In this document: positions 28,900-37,585 of the stretch, in pieces
Layout of the letters: each line of letters begins with the position of its first letter
Numbering within the stretch: the stretch's first letter is position 1
DNA from: a virus
Virus record (IMG/VR): IMGVR_UViG_2786546475_000019
Span: 974 to 64,973 of that record
DNA: 64,000 bases
Direction: 5' to 3' (one strand)
Notes under the pieces: model-generated
Told to the model about the DNA's origin: nothing
Seen by the model: the letters and a program-made list of their open reading frames with translations, nothing else
Database searches by the model: none
Program-made: the position numbers and the translations under genes

Positions 28900-29705
28900 A
28901 AGACCGTAAACCTAGTGACCTGTCTGATGAATTTCCTGAACGAATTTTTCCAAATTTAAAACCGCCTGGAACTATTCGAACTGAACGAATAGGTCTCCCA
29001 AAACAAGACGCGTTCTACAACGACACTACCGAAGATCCGTACACAGATGATAGGTTGTTGTCGGAAGTTGGGGTCGTTGTTAAAAAGAACAGTAATGCCG
29101 TTTACGTAGTCCATACTCAAAATGGCGTTCAACGTACTTCGTTAGCTTTGGACCCAAATCGAGAATATCAAATTGGACGGGAAGTAGTTTTACAGCCGCC
29201 CCGATTAGAAGGGGATGACTGGCTTATCATTGGTGAGACTCGTCAACGAGAGAGTGAGTATGTAATTTGGAAAGCTCGCCATAATGGAACGTCCTATGCT
29301 TTCCAAGCTGACCCAATGAAAGAATCCCATTTGGAGCTAGACGGAGCTGACTGGAAACGATTTGCTACGGTCCTTGGCTCAACAATGACGCTACCTCCAG
29401 GTTGGTATGATATTTCAATCAACGTTAAGAGCCTAGGCAGCTCTCTGCTAGTTGTTGATATGACGCAAGTTGGTGGAGATCAAGGAAGCGACTCAGCCCC
29501 AGCTTCATGGACATATGACGTGGAACACAATGGCACGGAGCTTGCTACAGATTACGACCCTGTGAGCGGTAACATTTATAAACGTCCATCTATTGGCCAA
29601 CTAAGTGTAGCAACCAAGGGTATCTGGGCAGCAGGAGCTATTGTTTGGTGTAACGAAGCTTTGGTTGGTGGCGACTGTGACGATCTTGTAGGATGGGAAG
29701 GGTAA
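28890..29705 (+). CDS. Tail-associated hypothetical protein
   Basis: 271 aa, coupled to the J-like gene. Confidence 0.35.
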   Translation: MPVEDRKPSDLSDEFPERIFPNLKPPGTIRTERIGLPKQDAFYNDTTEDPYTDDRLLSEVGVVVKKNSNAVYVVHTQNGVQRTSLALDPNREYQIGREVVLQPPRLEGDDWLIIGETRQRESEYVIWKARHNGTSYAFQADPMKESHLELDGADWKRFATVLGSTMTLPPGWYDISINVKSLGSSLLVVDMTQVGGDQGSDSAPASWTYDVEHNGTELATDYDPVSGNIYKRPSIGQLSVATKGIWAAGAIVWCNEALVGGDCDDLVGWEG

Positions 29706-30379
29706 TGAAGAAGTCAATCGTATTGGTAGCAGTTGGCCCCATGTTCCAATTCTATCAACAGTATACTAAACGCCGCTTTGAAGCTTACGCTGATAAAATA
29801 GGAGCTGAGTTAATAGTCCTAACTGGCATCACTCAAAAGTGGTGGGGTTTAGAGAAATACCGAGTGTCTAAACTTGAACTAACTGGCCCAACAGTTTACA
29901 TTGATGTAGACGTTTTGATTCAAAGTTGGGCTAGAGACATTTTTGAACTTTATCAACCGGGGAAAGTTGGGATTTATGACGACTACCCCGAAGCTAGAGA
30001 AGCTCAACCGGGAAACGACTGGGCTCCCCGTGAATGGTCGGAAATGATGCAGTACCAACACATCGATGACCCTTTTAGGGAGCGACTTTTAAATAGCGGG
30101 GTAGTGCTTTTTGATAAAGAGACCCAACATATTTGGAACCCGCCGCCTTTTCGATTTAAGCCTAGGCATTGTGCGGAACAGTTCTGGATTGATTATCAAG
30201 TCGGTGACAACTGGTTCCCGTTGCCTAGGGAATTCAACCATCAACATTGGACTAAAAGCTTTGCTACCTCGTTTCATAAAAGCGATTTTGTGCACTTGTC
30301 CGCCTGCAAGAATCGAGAATATTGGATCGCTAAATACGAGCACCTTTTAGATAGGAGCCAACCTTATGACAACAATTGA
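29693..30379 (+). CDS. Putative nucleotide-sugar glycosyltransferase (GT-A fold, DXD motif)
   Basis: IVLVAVGPMFQ ... TVYIDVDVLI (DXD) pattern. Confidence 0.4.
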   Translation: MGRVMKKSIVLVAVGPMFQFYQQYTKRRFEAYADKIGAELIVLTGITQKWWGLEKYRVSKLELTGPTVYIDVDVLIQSWARDIFELYQPGKVGIYDDYPEAREAQPGNDWAPREWSEMMQYQHIDDPFRERLLNSGVVLFDKETQHIWNPPPFRFKPRHCAEQFWIDYQVGDNWFPLPREFNHQHWTKSFATSFHKSDFVHLSACKNREYWIAKYEHLLDRSQPYDNN

Positions 30380-30528
30380 TATTTCAGATATGACGTTTGA
30401 AATTAACTCGGATGGAAGCATCTCAATTCGATTCTTTAGCTCTACGACGTTTTCTATCAATTTGCTTGATGGAGTAGACGGCGATGAAGCAGTTGTATCT
30501 GTCACTCGAAAGAAACAAATGGATTAGA
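30366..30528 (+). CDS. Small ORF (54 aa), unlisted in the ORF track
   Basis: ATG at 30366 fills the gap between the GT and the next gene. Weak support. Confidence 0.2.
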
Positions 30529-30530
30529 AA

Positions 30531-31748
30531 ATGCCTAAATTTACGCTTCTTGATTTTGCGGAAACAGAGACTCAAAGAAAATACGTAAAAGAGTATTTAG
30601 CTGTAAGGTCAATGCAAAAAGTAGCTGATACTTTTTCAGTCAGTAGGCCCGCAGTTTCCAAGTGTTTGAAAAGAGTTCGAGCGTTAGCTATTGTTCAAGG
30701 ATGGGACCCGGACCGTGGGTTTGATAAACCTGTAGCTACTAATCAAATAGCTCACGGAATTAGTAGCTATTACAATTCCGAAGGAGTTAAAACTCAAGAA
30801 TGGGTCAAGTCTTCTCTGAATCTTGATAAACTCAAAGATTTGATGAACGCCCTAGTGGGAGAGTTTAAGAAAGATATTAAACCGATTCGTCCTACAAAGA
30901 TCCTGAAACGAGCTAAATTTTCAGAAGACGCTATTACGTTTTATTTAAAAGGAGATGCTCACTTAGGACTACTTTCCTCCAAAGAGCTTACAGGAGTAGA
31001 AAACCACACTCTGGATTTAGGGATTCAGGTTAATAAAGCAGCTACCGCCAATTTGATAGATCGAGCAGCTCCAACTAAAATTGGAGTTTTAGTGAATTTA
31101 GGAGACGTCCTACACGCTAATGATAGCTCTGGCTTGACTCCTCGGAACCGCCATAAGCTGGACACTCATCTTAATTTTACAGAAGTTGCTCGCGGTCTTA
31201 GAAAATTGCTCTTGTGGGAAGTGGCTCAAGCTTTAAGTAAACACAAAGAAGTTTGGGTAGTTAACGTGAAAGGCAATCATGACCCGGACCCTGCAATCTG
31301 GATCAACGAAATTCTTGAAACAAAATATGAGAATGAACCAAGAGTTAAAATTATTCCCAACGCTCAACCTATCATTCCTTTAGCTTTTGGGGACTCTGCT
31401 GTTTTCTTAAGGCACGGAGACAAAGCCCCTCACTCTAGGGCGTATGAAGTTATTACGTCACATGAGGAGTATTCAGAAGTTTTCTGTAACGCTCGCCCTG
31501 CAAACACCTACGTGTGGTCCGGACATATACATCATGAAACCAAGAAAGAAATTGGTAAAACTAAGATTGAAACGTTCCCAAGCTTAGCTCCAATTGATTT
31601 ACACCACGCTCAATCGTTGTACGGAGCTTCCCGTTCAATGGTAAGTATTGAGATACATGAAGAATACGGAGAGATTGCTAGACGAACTTGTAACCATCGT
31701 ATGGCTAAAGAGTTAATTCGAACTTACGCAATTACTTCGGGTATTTAA
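30531..31748 (+). CDS. HTH domain fused to a calcineurin-like metallophosphoesterase with Mre11/SbcD-like motifs
   Basis: N-terminal HTH-like (SRPAVSKCLKRVRA). GDAHLG (motif I), GDVLHAND (II), KGNHDPD (III), GHIHHE (V). Confidence 0.6.
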   Translation: MPKFTLLDFAETETQRKYVKEYLAVRSMQKVADTFSVSRPAVSKCLKRVRALAIVQGWDPDRGFDKPVATNQIAHGISSYYNSEGVKTQEWVKSSLNLDKLKDLMNALVGEFKKDIKPIRPTKILKRAKFSEDAITFYLKGDAHLGLLSSKELTGVENHTLDLGIQVNKAATANLIDRAAPTKIGVLVNLGDVLHANDSSGLTPRNRHKLDTHLNFTEVARGLRKLLLWEVAQALSKHKEVWVVNVKGNHDPDPAIWINEILETKYENEPRVKIIPNAQPIIPLAFGDSAVFLRHGDKAPHSRAYEVITSHEEYSEVFCNARPANTYVWSGHIHHETKKEIGKTKIETFPSLAPIDLHHAQSLYGASRSMVSIEIHEEYGEIARRTCNHRMAKELIRTYAITSGI

Positions 31749-32255
31749 ATGATACTTCAATGGCTTTCTGATCTGCTTCAAATGTTCACGGACCTCGTTC
31801 CTCGGCCTTTGATTGTGCGGGCTGACGAGGAGCTAGTATCATTTGTCTTTGGTAAATACACTAGGAAGCTTGGGCCAGGTTGGTACATTTCTTGGCCAGC
31901 TTTTGAAGAATTAGAAGTAGTTCAAGTCAAAAGAGATTTTGTTTCTCGCCAACAGAAATTTTGTAAAAACGGCATCACTTATGCTTATTCTTGGCAAGTG
32001 CCTTACGAAATTACTGATGCCTTAAAGATGGTAGTTAACACGTACGACTACCAAGAGACAATTGCTGATTTTGTAGAAGTGTCTTTAGCGGAGTGTTGGC
32101 AAAACTTTGGACCTGCCGAAATTTGTAACCTTGAAACACAAGATAAAGTGTTTGATAAAGTTCGCGGTATTTTGGAAGAGTACGGGGTTGAAATTAAAGC
32201 GTTTCGTATCACCTCGCACTCCGAAGTAATTGCTTTATCCATTTGGGAGAAATAA
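31749..32255 (+). CDS. SPFH/band-7-like domain protein (short, no obvious TM)
   Basis: VRADEELVSFVFGKYTRKLGPGWYISWPAFEELEVVQVK matches the SPFH N-terminal core pattern (V.RFGK...L.PGLHF.IPF...V). Confidence 0.45.
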   Translation: MILQWLSDLLQMFTDLVPRPLIVRADEELVSFVFGKYTRKLGPGWYISWPAFEELEVVQVKRDFVSRQQKFCKNGITYAYSWQVPYEITDALKMVVNTYDYQETIADFVEVSLAECWQNFGPAEICNLETQDKVFDKVRGILEEYGVEIKAFRITSHSEVIALSIWEK

Positions 32256-33403
32256 TGCCTTTTCTATTTCGTAACGGCCGCTTAGTTTATCAAGACGGCA
32301 AAGCAGTAGTTAGCGACGATACTACAGAGTGCGTCTGTTGTGATCAAATTGGAGAAGATCCTTGTACGTGTGCCGGGCTCCCTGATGCTATTTACGTCTA
32401 CGCTTACGACCGTTGGGCTTTGCAATATGATAGCTTTAGACCCATGTGGACGTGGGATGAATTCTTGTTTGAGAGGCAAACTGATACAACGTGGGAGAGC
32501 GTGGAGCTTGAAACTCTTAGGTGTGACGGAAGTAACTACTTAACGTGGGACGGCGTTGGATTGTTGCAAGGCCCGGGAAATAGTAATCTTGTTTGTGGGT
32601 GTGATCTTTTTGCAAGTCGTCAACCTTATTATGGGTATTATCGAATAGAGGAGTGCCACCCTGATTTCCAATCTTTTAACGCAACAAATCCTACTAGACC
32701 AATTCCTTGTCCTATTGAGAATCAAAATGATTTCGGGTATTCTATCAGTCGCACACTTAGCGGCTTATTCTTGGGATTTGAAGAATCGTATCTAGGGGGA
32801 GGGACTGGATACGATGGCGGCGAGAGCGGAGCCGGTAAACAATACGGCTACGGTCCATGGCAACGAACCTTGGGAAATGTTCAACGACCTGCGTTCCGGG
32901 ACCCATGTTTAGATTATCCTCCGTGGTTAGGAGCTACAGCTTACGGACCTTCGGCCTATGGAGCAGGGAGCATTGATTTTGACGAGTGTTACTCTCTTGA
33001 GTATTTAGAAGGTCCTTCTGAGACGTACCCTCAAGATTGGCAATATACTTGGGCTTTTGGTTGGAGTCAAGCGGAAGCTCCTAACATTGCCAAGTTTCTA
33101 AATTTGATAATTAAAGGCGATGGTACGCTATCTGTTATCTTCCACCGAGGCGTGCCTAATACAACTCACGCGTACGGCAAACCAATTATGTCGCCCCTGA
33201 ATCCTTTAGAAATTTGGGGAGGTACTGCTACAGGATACGACTTCAATGATAGCTCTCCACAAACTTTTGATATTGAAGTAAAGCGACATGGAATATATGT
33301 CACGCCTTTACCGATGACATACACTTTTACGATTCTTCAACAGAATCCGACAATTGATACTCCAGGCCCAACATCGATTTACACAGGGAGTTTTGAAGCA
33401 TGA
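32255..33403 (+). CDS. Hypothetical protein (Gly/Tyr/Trp-rich). ATG start at 32255 preferred over the TTG at 32243
   Basis: gggaga RBS upstream of the ATG. Confidence 0.4.
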   Translation: MPFLFRNGRLVYQDGKAVVSDDTTECVCCDQIGEDPCTCAGLPDAIYVYAYDRWALQYDSFRPMWTWDEFLFERQTDTTWESVELETLRCDGSNYLTWDGVGLLQGPGNSNLVCGCDLFASRQPYYGYYRIEECHPDFQSFNATNPTRPIPCPIENQNDFGYSISRTLSGLFLGFEESYLGGGTGYDGGESGAGKQYGYGPWQRTLGNVQRPAFRDPCLDYPPWLGATAYGPSAYGAGSIDFDECYSLEYLEGPSETYPQDWQYTWAFGWSQAEAPNIAKFLNLIIKGDGTLSVIFHRGVPNTTHAYGKPIMSPLNPLEIWGGTATGYDFNDSSPQTFDIEVKRHGIYVTPLPMTYTFTILQQNPTIDTPGPTSIYTGSFEA

Positions 33404-33612
33404 GCCAAAGCCAACTTGAAGCTTACGCCAGACAACGTAAGTTTAGGCCCAAGATGGAAAATGTTCAAATTTGTGAACAGTGCGACCACTTAATACGTGA
33501 TCGCTACTGTTCCAAATTTGGCAAGTGTCCTGACGCTCAAAAAGATTTCTTTAAAGCCCTTGAACGAAGTAAATGTCCTTTAGAGAAATTTCCGTCGCAG
33601 CTCAGCGAATAG
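33400..33612 (+). CDS. Small Cys-rich protein (CEQCDH...CSKFGKCPD)
   Basis: ORF of 70 aa, last gene of the + strand block. Confidence 0.3.
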   Translation: MSQSQLEAYARQRKFRPKMENVQICEQCDHLIRDRYCSKFGKCPDAQKDFFKALERSKCPLEKFPSQLSE

Positions 33613-33996
33613 AATTCTAACTTGCTTAGGAGTTAACTCTAACAAACGCCCGATTTCCGAATACGTATAGTATTGAAGTCGTAAACTTACAGCCCATCGC
33701 TCCTCGACAGTTAGCCTATCTAGGTCAAACTGATCGAGGAATTCTTCTGCACTTCTTGATAATTCTTCAATATCGCCTAACGCTTCGGTATCATTGTTTG
33801 TTTGCATTTTCTTTCGACGACGGTAAGCGTCAATACCTCTCGACCGTAGTAAGGTTCTTAAGTGTGAGATGAATTTCTTTTCCTCAACTAGCTCATGATA
33901 ATTCTCCCACGCTTGTAAAAATTCCAAAGATAGCGAGCAGTCAAATTTAGTTTCAAACTCTCGCAACAAGTAAACATAATCGTCGATCCTTCGCAT
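33580..33996 (-). CDS. Sigma-factor region-4-like HTH protein (possible ECF-type sigma or anti-sigma-related)
   Basis: C-terminal YSEIGRLLELTPKQVRILFAELRRKF resembles a sigma-70 region 4 HTH. Confidence 0.35.
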   Translation of the reverse strand: MRRIDDYVYLLREFETKFDCSLSLEFLQAWENYHELVEEKKFISHLRTLLRSRGIDAYRRRKKMQTNNDTEALGDIEELSRSAEEFLDQFDLDRLTVEERWAVSLRLQYYTYSEIGRLLELTPKQVRILFAELRRKFL

Positions 33997-34005
33997 GATA
34001 GTCTC

Positions 34006-34593
34006 CTACACTGCTGTTAAGTCTAGCCAACACAATTTTTTGTAAATTTTAGCAGTCAACAACGTATCATAAAGAGCGTCATGCAAACTAGCTTGATCGT
34101 AAGGAATGTCCAAAGCTTTGGCTAATGAGCTAAGCTTCACATCTGGGAACAATGGCTTATGGCCCCGAAGCTCACATCTATCATTGATAAAGTGAGCATA
34201 ATCCATGGTGTCTCTACAGAACCCGTGGAAGTGGAGTCCATAAGTTGCCGACCCATATAGTTTCTCCAACATAGGCCTATCAAAATCTTTGTAGTTGTGT
34301 CCAACTGGCAAGATTCTAGACCATTCCGCTGAGAAGTTTAACCGTTCAACCCAGTCTTCAAACGCATCCATTGCTTGGTCCTGAGTCAATCCATGGATGC
34401 TGGCTTTAGCTGCGTAGGGCGAAGTGATATTTACTTCTGGTTTTATCAACCACTGAACCGCTAGATGTTCAACAGGATCAAGATTATCATTAAGAGGAAT
34501 CATAGCAACTTGCCAGACCTCATCTAGCTCTACATCCGTTCCTGTCGTCTCAGTATCAATGCAGACTAACAAACTTCCTTTATGGTTTAACAT
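34006..34593 (-). CDS. DEDD-family 3'-5' exonuclease (DnaQ-like)
   Basis: Exo I motif LLVCIDTETTG. YDTL in the C-terminal region is consistent with Exo III. Confidence 0.6.
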   Translation of the reverse strand: MLNHKGSLLVCIDTETTGTDVELDEVWQVAMIPLNDNLDPVEHLAVQWLIKPEVNITSPYAAKASIHGLTQDQAMDAFEDWVERLNFSAEWSRILPVGHNYKDFDRPMLEKLYGSATYGLHFHGFCRDTMDYAHFINDRCELRGHKPLFPDVKLSSLAKALDIPYDQASLHDALYDTLLTAKIYKKLCWLDLTAV

Positions 34594-35230
34594 TTTCTAG
34601 GCCCCCAGAATTAAGACCTTTGATAGACTTAGCCAGTTTTAGGGTCTTCGCAATCAAATCCTGAATGCTTCCATCATTTTCCAAAATGAAAGTTGCACGC
34701 TCCTTGAACCGTCCAACATCTTCGGAGACGTGCTCAGGTTTAGGAGGAATCTTGCCCGGACGTTCAAGATAAATTGTAACATCGAACAAATCAAACTCGT
34801 TATCAAACCTAACGTCGTCAGCCAAGAATGAATTTGACCCCATGAAATTTAAAACGCCTCGGACGTGAGCGTCCTTATTAAGCGTTCGAACAATCCCCGT
34901 CCCAAAATATTGCATCAACATTCGAGGAGTCTGCATGATAGGATGGTCCCAATGAGCCACTCGTTCAATTCCTCGAAGCGAAACTCCGCTACGTGTTTGG
35001 AAATGGAGACAAAACTTACGAATAACTCTGGGCCCGATTACTCGTTCATTGATGCGAATGCCTTTGAAGAAACTTTCAAGCCAGAAACATCGCTCCAAAC
35101 CAAAAGTCAAAGACAACGCACTTTTCAAATGTTTAGCCAACGGATGATAGTAAAGCTCTAGCTCTTGGGTAAGAACTTGAGCCACGAGACTTTTTCCACT
35201 TCCTTTGTAGCCAATGATACCTACTCTCAT
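34580..35230 (-). CDS. P-loop nucleotide/nucleoside-monophosphate kinase
   Basis: Walker A GIIGYKGSGKS at the N-terminus. Confidence 0.5.
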   Translation of the reverse strand: MRVGIIGYKGSGKSLVAQVLTQELELYYHPLAKHLKSALSLTFGLERCFWLESFFKGIRINERVIGPRVIRKFCLHFQTRSGVSLRGIERVAHWDHPIMQTPRMLMQYFGTGIVRTLNKDAHVRGVLNFMGSNSFLADDVRFDNEFDLFDVTIYLERPGKIPPKPEHVSEDVGRFKERATFILENDGSIQDLIAKTLKLAKSIKGLNSGGLENVKP

Positions 35231-35655
35231 TCTTTTTCTCCTTTTTCTGGATTACCGAAACAGTTGTAACAAATACCTTCTACTAAGCAATAAGCTTCAC
35301 AATCCCCGCAATGTTCGCCAAGGTCTGTAGGAATACCATGATATTCGATAGGCTTATTGTGCTCTGTTGCGTAGTCCAACTCAGCTTGAACGCCGATTGA
35401 TTGTCTCCAACCCCACTGAGTTAGAACTATCAAAGATTCACAAAAGCTCAAATACTCTAAGTCAATCTTTTCCCAAAAGTCCCAAGTGGTGGCCACGTTG
35501 GACATATGTTTCTGAAGCTCATGACTGTGAGTAATAGGGCTGTAAACGTTGGTCCCATTCTGAACCAAACGGGCCGCGTACCTTGTGACTACTCCAAACC
35601 GATGGTCTATCATTCGAGAATCAGAGTGAGTGTAAGGGGTAGCTAAATATATCAT
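35227..35655 (-). CDS. Nucleoside 2-deoxyribosyltransferase-like fold protein with a C-terminal Cys cluster
   Basis: IYLATPYTH ... VYSPITHSH ... pattern, then CGDCEAYC...CYNC. Confidence 0.35.
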   Translation of the reverse strand: MIYLATPYTHSDSRMIDHRFGVVTRYAARLVQNGTNVYSPITHSHELQKHMSNVATTWDFWEKIDLEYLSFCESLIVLTQWGWRQSIGVQAELDYATEHNKPIEYHGIPTDLGEHCGDCEAYCLVEGICYNCFGNPEKGEKE

Positions 35656-36347
35656 TTGCTTCTCCGGTTAGCTTGATAATTTGCGATTGAAAACCCACGA
35701 GGAGTCATACTACGAATCTCTTTTACGTTAGGGTGTGATCCTCCAATTTTACCATATTGCCGGGAGTATCCATCTTCTGGTATCACTTTCTTTTTAGGCG
35801 GCATCTTAAACCCGCCACCTGTCCACAGGTATGTTTCCTTCGGGTACGCGTCCCGTGGAGCAATATATTGTGGCCAAGTAGGGTGTTCATCATCTTCTGG
35901 TAAGTACCCACCGTATTCGTACGGGTGAAACTTGTAATCTGGTTTACGCCACAAAGATGATAGTCTCGATTTAGGATTCTCAATGAACCACGGACATTGC
36001 AACTCTGTGAAAACGCGACGACACCAGATAGCGTAACGTGCAGCTTTGTATTGGAAGTCTGGATCGTGGCCTTCTTTCGAGGGCCAGTGAATAATTCCAG
36101 AGACTGCCAAGTCGGTACAAACAGGGAACGCCGCCCCAAATACCACTTCCTTTCCTTGAAAAGTATCAATGATACGCCTAACTTGTTCCAGGTCGTGAAG
36201 GTCAGCCTTGTGGAAATGAATCACGTTGTCCCCGATCCGTTGTCGATGATCTACGTGCTTTATATCGTAAGCATGACATTCGTAACCTGCTCTGGCCCAA
36301 GGATGAAGTAACACCCCGGAGTGATCGTACAAGCTTAAAACTATCAT
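35652..36347 (-). CDS. Short cytosine-C5-methyltransferase-like protein (divergent, 231 aa)
   Basis: LSLYDHSGVLLHPWARAGYECHAYDI (motif I-like), FPVC (PC-motif-like), FIENP (ENV-like). Too short for a canonical DNA C5-MTase. Confidence 0.3.
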   Translation of the reverse strand: MIVLSLYDHSGVLLHPWARAGYECHAYDIKHVDHRQRIGDNVIHFHKADLHDLEQVRRIIDTFQGKEVVFGAAFPVCTDLAVSGIIHWPSKEGHDPDFQYKAARYAIWCRRVFTELQCPWFIENPKSRLSSLWRKPDYKFHPYEYGGYLPEDDEHPTWPQYIAPRDAYPKETYLWTGGGFKMPPKKKVIPEDGYSRQYGKIGGSHPNVKEIRSMTPRGFSIANYQANRRSK

Positions 36348-37168
36348 ACGGCCACGTCACCTTTGATAGCCGGATGGGGATTGTAACCTTCAAGAATAAT
36401 ATCTTCCCACCGAAGTGATAAAATATTCTCCAAAGGAGATAACACCGGATCAGCTTGCCTTGCAAAACGAAGCTTTGGAGCTTCTTTAGCTGGGCGTCTC
36501 AACTGTAGGTTGACTTGATCTACGTGGTTGTTGTAGATATGAGCGTCGCCAAACGTATGGTAATACGTCTTGGGTTTAAGGTCCGTGGCCCACGCCAAAA
36601 TGTACATAAGCAACACGTAGGATGCAATGTTAAACGGAACGCCAAGAAACATATCAGCAGAGCGTTGATACATTTTCAAGGACAGTTCTCCATTTGATAC
36701 GTAGCATTGGAAAAACATATGGCACGGCGGTAAGGCCGCATCTCCACCTGGAAGGTGATGTTTTGGGTGCCAAGCAGAGCAAATAACTCGTCGGCTGTTT
36801 GGAGACTCAGTTAGGCAATCAAGCACGTACTGAATCTGATCTACGCCGTTGAAGTCTCTCCACATCTTCCCATACACCGGACCAAGCTCTCCGGCAGCGT
36901 CTGCCCATTCGTCCCAGATATGAACATTCAGGTCTTGTAACGATTTGATATTTGTCTCTCCTCGAAGAAACCACATCAGTTCCTCAAATACCAACCGCAA
37001 AGGTACAAACTTTGTAGTGAGCAATGGGAAGTGACTACTGATTGTTCCGTAAATTTGAGGGCCGAATAGACGAATTGTTCCGGTCCCTGTTCTATCATCA
37101 TGTGTTTCTCCGTGGAGCAAAACACTTTTAAGTAATGACAGATACTGTTGTTCTAACGCTGAATACAT
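36344..37168 (-). CDS. thyA: Thymidylate synthase (ThyA family)
   Basis: DRTGTGT, ALPPCHMFFQCYV catalytic Cys motif, FLGVPFNIASY (Asn for dUMP), DAHIY. Aligns along its length with E. coli ThyA by eye. Confidence 0.85.
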   Translation of the reverse strand: MYSALEQQYLSLLKSVLLHGETHDDRTGTGTIRLFGPQIYGTISSHFPLLTTKFVPLRLVFEELMWFLRGETNIKSLQDLNVHIWDEWADAAGELGPVYGKMWRDFNGVDQIQYVLDCLTESPNSRRVICSAWHPKHHLPGGDAALPPCHMFFQCYVSNGELSLKMYQRSADMFLGVPFNIASYVLLMYILAWATDLKPKTYYHTFGDAHIYNNHVDQVNLQLRRPAKEAPKLRFARQADPVLSPLENILSLRWEDIILEGYNPHPAIKGDVAV

Positions 37169-37294
37169 TAAGTGCTCCTTTGTTTTAGGTACGTGTCTAA
37201 GGTAATTACTGCTGCTTCAATAGTAGACTTCTCCTGTTCAAATTCTTTCAATAGGATCTCCTGATGATCTTTGGAAAGAATTATCAATGAATTT

Positions 37295-37573
37295 CTAGTT
37301 CTGATTTTTTTTTTTTTGACCTATTTTAACTGCCAGTATTAAATCTTCAACGTTCCAGGCGTCAGTTTCAATACCAGTAAATGATAGTTTTCGATTCTCA
37401 GGACCGGTATAAATTACTCCGCCCAAGTCATAGATCATATTAGATCTGAATGTTGCACTGTCTGGTGTAACATTGTAGACTCGCTCGCAATGAAGAATCC
37501 GTTCACAAGCCGTAGCCCAATCCGAACACCATTGGTTAACAACTACTTCATCTTGGAAATTGATAAATACCAT
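37295..37573 (-). CDS. Hypothetical protein ending in KKKNQN encoded by an A13 tract
   Basis: ORF of 92 aa. T13 on the + strand at 37305-37317. Confidence 0.35.
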   Translation of the reverse strand: MVFINFQDEVVVNQWCSDWATACERILHCERVYNVTPDSATFRSNMIYDLGGVIYTGPENRKLSFTGIETDAWNVEDLILAVKIGQKKKNQN

Positions 37574-37585
37574 AAACAGCCTTTC

